Source of the DNA: Octopus bimaculoides
Taxonomy: Eukaryota
Reading direction: 5' to 3'
DNA: 64,000 bases
Assembly: GCF_001194135.2 (NCBI RefSeq)
Contig: NC_068984.1
Coordinates: 59,285,247 to 59,349,246 of the forward strand
Shown here: in pieces, positions 13,572-24,039 of the stretch
Position numbering within the stretch: the first letter of the stretch is position 1
Layout: each line of letters starts with the position of its first letter
Position numbers and translations under genes: made by a program
The notes under the pieces: model-generated
Databases searched by the model: none
What the model was told of the DNA's origin: nothing
What the model saw: the letters and a program-made list of their open reading frames with translations, nothing else

Positions 13572-14169
13572 GTATGTATAATTTATACTTATCATCTCTG
13601 TAAAATATAACAATTGTTACAGTAAAGTATCACACGCTTCCATATTTCTTCAACAGATAGATATAATTACATGCACACTGATATGTGTTTTTGGGTGTCT
13701 ATATAGTTGTTTCAATAATGATTTCTGAGACATAAATGTTAATGGAATGACTAATAGGTTTTCAGACATATGTTTTGGAGAATTTTAATCGCAAATTAAG
13801 CATAAAAAATTAAATTTCACCTCTTTCTTGAACTTAGCATAGATATTTAGAAGGCAAGATCATGCATTTATTATAGTATGCATGATACATAAAATTAACA
13901 TTCCAAGTAAAATATATAATTTTTGTATTGTTGTAGCTGGATATCTTAGAATTTGCAGTTCTACAATGAATAAAAGAGTGTCTCTACTTAATAGATATGA
14001 TCTTAAACATATGTAAAATAAAGGAATTCATATAAATGTTACCTAAAGAAAACAATTTGACATCATAAGGAAAAATCAGAACTATTTAAATCAATTTTTC
14101 ATTATATATGAAGTAATAAAGGTGTGGATAAAATAAAACGTTTCTCTAATTTTAAAATTAAAATTATAT

Positions 14170-14530
14170 ATTATTTACATTTGACGGATATTTGTCCTCA
14201 TCTTGTTTGTTACTATTATTATATTATTATTATTATTACTAATCAGGTCGCTGCCGTGAATCGAACTCGGAATCTTGGGGTTAGTAGCCCGTGCTCTCAA
14301 CCACTATGCCATATGCCTGTGGGCAATTATGGAGTGAATTTTAGGGCTTATAAATCTATTATTTTTCTATCCTTCTTCAATACCGGTTCCCATATGCTAT
14401 TCATATCTGCACTCAAGACACCTGACGAAGGCTGGAGGGTATATCAGCCAAAACGTTGTGTTAACAACAAACAAGATGAGGACAAATATCCGTCAAATGT
14501 AAATAATGTAAATAATTCCTCATCTCTTAA
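14170..14530. mobile_element. Composite tRNA-head / Penelope-pLTR-like element with terminal inverted repeat
   Basis: Perfect ~42-bp inverted repeat at 14170-14211 and 14466-14507. Minus-strand A box TGGCATAGTGG (14311-14301) and B box GAGTTCGATTC (14268-14258). The tail tcaaatgtaaataatgtaaata also occurs at 2-23. Confidence 0.75.
14417..14462 (+). ncRNA. Minimal type I hammerhead ribozyme motif (Penelope-type), probably inactivated by G12A
   Basis: Stem I gacac/gtgtt; core CTGACGA + extra A; stem II ggctg/cagcc; AAAA in place of GAAA; palindromic helix III AACGTT with a GUU cleavage triplet at 14455-14457. Confidence 0.75.
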
Positions 14531-15096
14531 ATATAGAACTGTAAAATTATATAATTATAAATATAATGATTATTCATGAAATAATAGTTTGTAGTAAATC
14601 AATTAGCTTTATCATTTAAAACTGGCACATTTGTTCAATTAGTATGTGTTGGTATTAACAGAAAATAAATTAGCTAAATAAAAATTTGAAAAAGAAATAT
14701 ATATAAATGCATTAAGTGGATAAAGATATATGTGTATTGTATACAGAATAAAGTCATTGCTCTGGAAGTGTCTAGAATTTAGAAAGTGGTTTTCATTTTA
14801 TTTTGAACAAAATTTTATCCTTAACACTTTAGTATTTAGATTACTCTATCAACACTAATACTTATTTATTCACATTATTTTGAATTAATCCTACATTATC
14901 TCATAGATTCGAGATTTCAATGAGATGATTGTTTATTTTTAGAATGACATTGTAGGATAGGTGTGATAGGTCAGACCTGACCAGTTTGAACATATTTGGA
15001 CTAGTTATTGCTAGTTTAAATACTTAAAGGTTACTGAGTATAAATTNNNNNNNNNNATGATGATGATGAAATAATTTGTATAATTTTGTTAAACAG

Positions 15097-15183
15097 GTAT
15101 GGCATAGTGTATATAATAGTGTTACGGCATCAGCCACGTGGTGGCAGTGCTGGTGCTGAAATAGTACTGTATCAACTTCAGAA
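15097..15183 (+). CDS. RMC1: RMC1 exon (YGIVYIIVLRHQPRGGSAGAEIVLYQLQK)
   Basis: aaacag acceptor, gtaagt donor, 87 nt, phase 2/2. Matches human YGQLYVLFLRHHSRTSNSTGAEVVLYHL. Confidence 0.95.
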
Positions 15184-15399
15184 GTAAGTTCTTCTATTTT
15201 ATCATCAGTATTTCCTTCTTTATTATTTAATGCCTACTTTTTTATGCTATCACATTTTGGATGTGTTTTCATCTTTCCATATGTCTCAATATTGCATCAA
15301 CTCCCTTTCTCTAAACTCTCCTGTAATATATCCATAGATCATTTGCATTCATTGTCATTAAAAAATCAAGGACTGCCTTACAAAGAAATCTTTTATTAG

Positions 15400-16060
15400 C
15401 ACTCTACCTTAGTACTATTTATATCATATCATCTTGCAGTTTCCTTGAGCAGGGACCTTGGTACCATCTTCCAAAAGCATCAGATAACATAGTTCTTTCA
15501 ACAGTTCAAAGACACAGCTACTACATGAACCAAAGAAACAGATTTGCATTCACTCTTTATTCCCAAACATGAAGTACACAGAGTCAAAAACTTCAGTCAT
15601 TTCAAAATGTCTGATCCATTGTGGCAACCTCAAACATATACCATTTACTAAATTAGTGTATCAATGCTTTTCACTTCAGTTATCAAAAGCTCAAGTATAA
15701 CTCACATTGAAATACTTGGTAGATGTTATTGTTACACATCATGATATCCTTTACTGCATCGGGCTAATTAGCTCACCAGGTTAAATAGTAAAGACTCAGT
15801 CATCAACACACTGCAACCATTGCTTCATGGAAATTCCGCGTCTGTAGCTACTACAATGAACTTTACTCATTTTTAACTGAAAAGCTGTGTATCACCTCCA
15901 TTTTGGTTTATTTGATGTACCAACATCTCCTTATCATCCACACTGTATCTTACACCTGTAAATCCATACTTTAGACACTTTTCCCAAGCATTCATCTTTA
16001 GAACTAAAAAAACTCTTCAGTTTCCTTTCACCATGATTTTCCTACAGGCATCAAAGTGCA
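15400..16060 (+). mobile_element. Decayed CR1/jockey-like LINE 3' fragment
   Basis: Remnant HIEILG and TLQPLLH...RYYN-like segments typical of the post-RT region of CR1-group LINEs. Heavily degraded. Confidence 0.5.
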
Positions 16061-16653
16061 TGGGTGCAGTTTTTCTCTCAAAACTGAATAATGTTTAAAT
16101 AGTGCTACTTTTCCAAGCTACAAAGTTCAAATTAGTGTGAAAAAGAAACCCAGTTTGTTGGTAAACAGAAAGTCCCATAGGTACATCATGTCCTTAATAT
16201 GTGTATTTTTGGTTTGTTTATACATAGCCAGAATAGTTTTCATAAGTCATTTACTCACTTCTAGTTTTTTTATTTTGTTCACTATACAATGTAAACACGA
16301 TTAGCTTAATAACTAGTCTCAGCATTTTTCCCCCAACTCTTCTTGCAACTTCAGAGAAAAGAAGCACTAGCCATTATACTTATTAGTTGAAAAGATAGTG
16401 CTCACGACTTAATAGTGACAACATCATAATGGATGATGATTTGACCTTAATTTGCAGATTATAATCAAGACATATTGGTAGACTAAGGGTTTGAAGGGAA
16501 GACTCAACTTGACAATGTTAGACAATAATTTTTTTTTTTTTAATTTATAGCTTACTCAGAGAATAGTGTTTGCAAGGCTTCTGAGACTTGTGGAGGAGAA
16601 GAGAAGAGGAAACTTTAATTATTGGGTTACTGCACTATGAAACAGCATCAATA

Positions 16654-16848
16654 CTGTATTTTCAAGCATACAAGTTGATGTAACACATAGTGTAAATATT
16701 CAAACAGTGTCACTATCTTTTCAAATCCTGCTGCATTTCACATGGAATTTTCAGTCTGTCAAAGTTGTTTTGGTGTATAAGTTGACCTACTTTTTTTGAT
16801 TGTAGATTTTGGTCTGAAAAATTTGATTTGCATGCTAGGAAAATACAG
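16654..16848. mobile_element. pogo/Tigger-like MITE (second copy at 29829-29988)
   Basis: TIRs ctgtattttcaagcatacaa and ttgcatgctaggaaaatacag, with TA on both flanks. The two copies share internal sequence. Confidence 0.8.
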
Positions 16849-17255
16849 TATGTCAAGTTATACTCAGACAAAAAATAGAGTCCTAATATTTGGACCAGAA
16901 TAGATTCTGCTAAAGGTACCCAAGAATGATGTTAAACTATGCTACAGATTAAGTCTCCCATCCAAGAAGGGAAAAATTCAGTTCATTTGATGGTCTTTCA
17001 CAAATTTTACTTCTCTTTAATTTCATTCACAAGGCTTGTTTTGGCCCTTGGCTAATAGAAAAGAGTTTGTCCAAAGTGCCATGCTGTGTGTTCAAACTTA
17101 TTAACTACATGGCCATTCCTGAACCAATATTTGAATACTTTTATACTAAATGCACCTATAACTTCTGTTCTAAGTAAGAACTTTAATACAATTGCTTTTT
17201 ATCCTTTTGTTAATATTTTGACCTTTAAATATCTCTATAATTTCAAACTTTGCAG

Positions 17256-17361
17256 AGAAAGTCCAGCAAAGAAAACCAATATATTACGTCTCGATATGAG
17301 TGGTCGTTTTGCTGTGAATACAGTAGACAATTTGATAATTGTTCACCACCAAGCCTCTCGT
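17256..17361 (+). CDS. RMC1: RMC1 exon (ESPAKKTNILRLDMSGRFAVNTVDNLIIVHHQASR)
   Basis: tgcag acceptor, gtaagt donor, 106 nt, phase 2/0. Matches human ILKLNRTGKFALNVVDNLVVVHHQ. Confidence 0.96.
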
Positions 17362-17983
17362 GTAAGTATTCTAGATTCTGCTTATTAACATCTTAAGTAA
17401 AAGCTATGTCAGAACCAGCCTTAGTGTTTGATGTAAGATTTGTACAGAATCATAGTTTATAGACAGCAATATGTTAACCTACAATCCTTGGTCTACTTTG
17501 TTTAGATCCTCTAAGAATCTTGTTTCATGGCATTAAGCAAATGCATCATAAATCTCCTCTTCAGTAGCATGCTGGTCTATCACAGATAACATTCCTAAAT
17601 TATATGGTGTCTGTTCCTGACAGCCGGGTAAACTGAAGTCATGTAAAGTGTTCTTCCCAGATACACAACAACATGCATTTAGCAAATTTGGAATCAGAAA
17701 TAATGAAAATAATTGATAGGTACTCCAATAGTTTATCTATTCAACCAAGTACAAAATAACCACCACCACACACAAATGGGGATTAGATCTAATAAAAGGA
17801 ATTGTATAGATCTAATCCCTATGGTACTACCTTCGAGTGTATGATTGATTTATTTCAACTCAGTATTTAAATAAAGTTATTTTATCAAATCCCCTCCCCT
17901 AACTCTCCTGAAGGCAAAATGGCAGTTAACTTGCATACATACTGTTTGATTATATGTAATTATTATTCTTTCTATTGTTGTAG

Positions 17984-18098
17984 ACTTCAATGATATTTGA
18001 TATCAACCTTCCTGGAGAATCTGATAACTACATAATGTGTCATCACCCTGTACTCTCACCGCTACCAATTAAGCCTTTCCGTTTGTTTCTACCACCTG
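17984..18098 (+). CDS. RMC1: RMC1 exon (TSMIFDINLPGESDNYIMCHHPVLSPLPIKPFRLFLPP)
   Basis: gttgtag acceptor, gtaagt donor, 115 nt, phase 0/1. Matches human TSVIFDIKLRGEFDGSVTFHHPVLP. Confidence 0.95.
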
Positions 18099-19371
18099 GT
18101 AAGTCTTCATACTCTTTATCCATTCTTCATCATCGTCATCATTTAATTTCCGTTGTCCATGCTAGCATGGGTTGGACGGTTTGACCAGGGCTGGCAAGCT
18201 GGAAGGCTGCACCAGATTCCAGTCTGATTTGGCATGGTTCTACAGCTGGATGCCCTTCCTAACGTCAACTATTCTGAGAGTGTAATGGGTGCTTTTACGT
18301 GCCACCTATGTGTCTTATTCCACAAAATAATAGCCTACAATTTATGATGTGAAAAACCTTCATTCTTTATGTTGTTATTTTAATGTCTTTTTTATTTCAT
18401 TTTCTCTATTGCCAACAGTTTTTTGTTTGTTTTCCAATGCTACGTTTATCCCATTGATTTCCGTCAAGAACATTTTATTCAACCTACATTACTTCATTTC
18501 ACCTAGCTGTTGAAAGATGATACTAAATCATATGGAGATATTTGCCTATGAGAGACTGACCTCTTCTCTACCGATAAATTTGTCATTCCACTTCACCCAA
18601 TGAAACCAGAGCTAAGCACTGGTTTTCAAATACCTGTCTTTGTTGAACCCCCAAGTCTGCTCTTTTTGAGCTGACCTGCAAGAAAAGATGTTTCAGTTAA
18701 AACTATTTTGACTTTTAGTATATCTAAAAATACACTACACACAATTTTTTTAGTTTTTTTTATGGTAGAATGTGATTTCTGCTGCTTTTTTGATGCAACT
18801 GTTTTTTTTTTAAGTTCTGTACTGTATATTCTGAGTTCAAATACTACTGCCTACCACCCTTTGGAACTTGTTAAAATAGTGATAGACTTGGGAAGTTCTT
18901 CAGCAGGTACTTATGTATATCAGTTTATTACTCTCCATGGCACTACACCAACTGGTAGAAAAGACAATATCTTATATTTTATATAAATGTTCATATATCC
19001 CACTTTTAGAGTAGATACATTGTGCCCCTATACGTCATAAAATGACATTGAAAGGGTTAGTGACAGAAAAGGTATCCTGCTAGAAAAACCTCCCTCAGAA
19101 AACCCATCCAACTCATGCCAGCATGGAAAGTTATAAAATGGTAAAATGATATACAGTTGAGATATCTCATGGATTAAACATGAAAACCCTAATAGATATT
19201 CTTTTATAAATGGAAAATAAGTTAATAATACAGGAAGTTTAAAATAACCAATTCTTTTAGTAATTTCATTCTTTTACTTTGTATGAAGCTGTGTCTGTTT
19301 ACAGTTACCAGTTTATGATTTTACATTTTTGCTGTTTTCTATTTAATGCTGTCTTTGCCTTTTCTTTACAG

Positions 19372-19422
19372 CTCCTAGTCTTCCAGTTGGAACAGAGAAG
19401 ACAGAATACACTTTTGAATTAT
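19372..19422 (+). CDS. RMC1: RMC1 exon (APSLPVGTEKTEYTFEL), ending at a U12-type donor
   Basis: ctttacag acceptor, 51 nt, phase 1/1. It restores frame between its neighbours and is followed by GTATCCTTTT. Confidence 0.9.
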
Positions 19423-21247
19423 GTATCCTTTTCTAAAGTTTTTTCTTTCATATAGCTTGCCCCTTTTTATTGTATGTCTGCCATACACTCTAGGATTCAT
19501 AAGACTAGGCCCTAATCCAGTCTGCATGGCATACAAGTAACTGAGATTACAACACTCCCCTTGAACAGGACACAGGTGTTACAGAGTTCACTTCCTAAAT
19601 ATTGCTGTTATATTCATTTATAGCTGAGTGAATTGGAGCAACATAAAATAATTTTGTTCAAAAACACAATGCACAGCCCAATCTGGCAATTAAAACCATG
19701 ATCTTACAATCATGAGTACAATATCCTAATCACTAGATCACATTCTTTCCCACTTTTAATTGTAGATCATCCTAAAAAAATTTTAACATAAGGTGAATAA
19801 AACAGCAGATTAAATATTTACAATCTTCTGTCTATTTCAAGTTCTATTACTTCTGAGATCAACTTCCTCTACCATTTCTTAAGAATTTCTCAAATAAGCA
19901 CATGTAACAGAAACTAGTGCAAAAGCCTCTAGAGAAGTATTCCAACGACTGGGAACTTGATCATGATGAATGTATTAGGATGGAATCACTTCGATCAACA
20001 ATATCCATCTCTATCATCATCATAGTTTCACATATGTTTTCCATGTTCACATAGGTTGCATGGCTTGACTGAAGCTGGAAAGCCAGAAAACTGCACCAAG
20101 CTCTATTATCTGTTTTGGCATGGTTTTTACTTGTGCTTGTGCCATGTAAAAAACACTCTGTCCACTCTGCTGGGTGGTTGGTGTTAGGAAGGGCATCCAG
20201 CTGTGAAAACTGTGCCAAAACAGATACAGAAGTCTGGTGCAGTCTCCTGTCAAACCGTCCAACCCATGCCAGCAGGAAAGGCAGACAGTAAATGATGATG
20301 ATGATGATGCTCTTCTTAATGTCAACCACTTTACAGTGTAGACTGGATGTTTTTTACATGGCACCAGCACTGGTAAAGTCTGTTTTGGCCTGGTTTTTAC
20401 AGTTGGATGCCCTTCCTAATACCAACCACTCCGCAGAGTGGACTGGGTGCTTTTTACATGGCACCAGCACTGCAAGTTTATAGTTTTTTTTCCAAGCTTA
20501 AAATCTAATATTGATTAACATTCACAGGAACTGCAGAAAGTCCACATTTTATAAATGTTCTTATTTTTGCTTTGATACTTAAATTCATAGATCTTGGTGA
20601 CACCATTTCATTATGTTAAAGATTTTGATTATGTCTTTGATTTAATTCCTTAGTTAAGGTTGTTTAACTCTTTCATTAACATATTTCTGTTAAAATACAC
20701 TGTTTTTGTTTCAGTTAATTTTGGAAATAATGAAGAATTTAGTAAAATAATTGTGTCATTATGAAGAAAACTTTTGAAATATAAATTCACAGGAAATTTT
20801 GATAGAAGGTTTGAAATTAGATCTCTTTAAAACAGAAAGGTTGTATCATACAATTTACGGGCAGTTTTGTCAGATTGATGTCAAATGGGTTAAATTATCA
20901 CACTTGAACTTGTTTATTATGTTAGAAATTTCAAATATGTCTTTTGATTTCACTCCATAGTTAAGGTTGCTTAAAGCATAACACTTGAGCACATCATGAC
21001 AAGCAGATTATATTAAGAATTTATCATTATATTTTTAAGTATAGAACTGATTGCTTCATGTCAATATTTTCAAATGTTATGTTGAAAGCTTACTGTGAAT
21101 AAAGTCTTGGGATACACTTGCTCCAGATTTGGAATTTTATGTCTGTGCTAGAAAACTTTTTTTTTTTTAAGATCACCCTTTTTCTTTTTTTTTTTCTCTT
21201 ATTTTCTCTCTGTTGTTTCTGTTAGTTTATTTCTTGACAAATTACAG
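19423..21247 (+). other. RMC1: U12-type (minor spliceosome) GT-AG intron of RMC1
   Basis: 5' splice site T|GTATCCTTTT fits the RTATCCTTT consensus. Branch-site-like TTTCTTGAC has its A at 21237, 10 nt before the AG at 21246-21247. Confidence 0.88.
19490..19745 (-). mobile_element. tRNA-derived SINE (relatives at 45060-45300 + and 50630-50800 -)
   Basis: Shared gtgttcttgagcaaaacact / ttgctccag.tcactc core and tRNA-like head. Confidence 0.6.
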
Positions 21248-21301
21248 ATTCAGATAATTGGATTGTATTCCAGCCTGATATTATTATTGATGCTAAACTT
21301 G
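21248..21301 (+). CDS. RMC1: RMC1 exon (YSDNWIVFQPDIIIDAKL)
   Basis: attacag acceptor, gtaagt donor, 54 nt. Matches human YSSSWIVFQPDIIISASQG. Confidence 0.96.
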
Positions 21302-22303
21302 GTAAGTTCCATTATATTTTCCCTTTCTGTATTTGCATCTTTCCTCTCTCCCCTTTATTTACTGAAAAACTTCTTGATGTGTTAAAACATATCAAAGTAT
21401 TCAAGTATAGGTTGTGCCGGTGGCACATAAAAAGCACCATTCAAGCATGGTCGATGCCAGTACCACCAGACTGGCCCTTGTATCAGTGGAACATAAAAAG
21501 TACCCACTACACTCTTGGAGTGGTTGGCGTTAGGAAGGGCATCCAGCCATTGAAACTTTGCCAGATCAGATTGGAGCCTGGTACAGCCTTTTGGCTTGCC
21601 AGTTCTCAGTCAAACCGTCCAACCCAGGATACTGCTTTGAAGAGTTTCACCAATCAAATCATTCCATGGGTCCATATTTTGCCAAACTATTAAGTTACAG
21701 GGACATGAATATCAGTTGTCAAGCACAATGACACACACACACACACACATTCATTTGTGTGTTTTACTTCTTTTTCTCCATAATAGCATAAGTTAGACAA
21801 ATACATATTATTGGGGCGTTGTTTACAGCTTGATGCCCTTCCTGTCACTAAGCCTTACTTGTTTTTCAAGTACAGGACTTTTCATTCCACTCCTCTTTGA
21901 AAGTGCAGAGCTGGTGGATAATTTATTTATTGGAAATTTCAACAAACATCACCATTTGTAGCCAAGTTCATTTCTCTAGAGAAGCACACAGGGATGCTAT
22001 TCACACATGCACTTGGAAACATGTTAGGGTTGGTAACAGGAAGGGCATCCTGTCATAAATAATTTGCCTCAACAAATTCCATCAGACCCATGCAAGCACG
22101 CAAAAGTGGACATTAAAACGAAACTACACACACACATTCAAGCACATGGTGAGCTTTATACAGTTTCCATCTACCAAATTCGCTCACAAAGTATTGGTCA
22201 GCTCAGAGCTATAATAGAAGACACCCAAGTCTCATCCTGTGGGACTGAACTCAAAACCACATGGCTAAAAAGTACACCTGATATATATATGTGTGTGTGT
22301 GTG

Positions 22304-22305
22304 TG

Positions 22306-22346
<41 letters not shown>
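22304..22346. repeat. (TA)n microsatellite preceded by (TG)n
   Basis: Read directly from the sequence. Confidence 0.95.
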
Positions 22347-22350
<4 letters not shown>

Positions 22351-24039
22351 ACCCCACAGCAGAAGTGTTAAGACTGATCCTTCTGGTTGTGTAATGCACC
22401 CATGCAGTGTTTCGTAAAAGCCTCCATGCAGTCTCATGTAAAAGCATCTATACAACGTCATGTAAAACCATCTATGTGGTGTCATGTAAAAGCATCTATG
22501 TTGTGTAGCATAAAAGCACCCATGCAGTGCCCATGTGGTGCCACATTAAAGCATCCAGCACACTCTGTAAAGGTTGGCGTTAGGAATGGCTTCCAGCCAC
22601 AGAAACCAAATCAGACTGGAATCTGGTGCAGCCCCAAGCCCCCACCCCCGACTTGCCAGTTCTGGTCATCCCATCCTACCCATGCTAGCATGGAGAATGG
22701 ACATTAAATGGTGATGACGGTGACAGAGAGGAAGAGAGTGAGAGAGGGGTACACACAATGGTCTTCCACATAGTTACTGTCTGTCACATTCACTCACAAG
22801 GCAATTTGTCAGACTGGGAATATAGAAGACGACACTTGCCGTAGATGCCACACACTGTAACAGATGTCAGAACTACATAGTTTAAACGCAGCCTGTTGAA
22901 ATGCCTGAACTTATTAGTTTACTTTCTAAATAATTCTTTTTTCTTATGCCACATAATGTATATCATATATATTTATTTAGTGATTCATATAGCAAGTTTT
23001 GGTGGTGGTGGTGGTGGTGGTGGCATTGGCAATGACGACAACAATCATCATTACCATCATCATCATTGCCATCTTGTCATATAGCTTGTGGGTCTAACTT
23101 TAGTTCTCAGTTACAACTGTTTCATATATCATCATTATCATTTAACATTCACTTTCCATGCTTGGCATGGGTTAGATGGTTTGCCTAGAACTGGTAAGCC
23201 AGACAGCTGCTCTAGCTTCCAGTTTGTTTTGGCATGGTTTCTACGTGTGGTTGCCCTTCCTAATGCCAACCATTCCAATAGCTTAATGGGTGCTTTTACG
23301 TGCCACCAGCAATGGCCACAATTACGACTACGATTTCACTTGGTTTGACATGTCTTTTCAGCACAGCATTGCCAAAGGTCTCAGTCACTTATCATCACAT
23401 TGTTAATAACCTCAAAAATGCATGAACATCACACACTCACATTTTAACATATATGAAACTTAATGCATCATCATCATCATTTGGCATCCATTTTCCATAC
23501 TGGCATGAATTAGACAGTTTGACTGGAACTGATAAGCCAGATAACTGTACCAGGCTCCAGGCTAGTTTAACTTAGTTTCTACGGCTGGATGCCCTTTCTA
23601 ATTGCCAACCACTCCAAGAGTGTAGTGGGTACCTTTTACATGTCACTGGGATTGATGCCTTTTATGTATCACTGTCACAGGTGCCTTTTGCATGTCACTG
23701 GCACATAAAAGGCTACATGCATAATAATGAGCATTTTTTTTTGTCATTTATAATCTCTTCATGAATCATAATCAAGCAGATTGATTAAAGATTAAATCTA
23801 GTATGTCTAGGACTACATGATCCAGTGTCTTTTCTGTATTAAGATGTGTGTGGTTTGAGAGAAATTTGGTTGCTGTTTCTAGCAGGCCAAGCAATGACTA
23901 GGAGGCTCCTTTGATTGACTGTATTATTGTTTTTGTTTTCTCAGTGAACTGAATCAACAACCTTAATTTCAATACCCAGTTTGAGTCACATCATCCTATT
24001 TAATAACTATCCTTTTTAGTAGAAATCATTATTATTGAC

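Noticed and set aside
14245-14317. Genuine tRNA gene
   Set aside because: A and B boxes are present, but the acceptor stem does not close properly and the sequence runs into (AAT)n and an element tail, so it is a SINE-type head.
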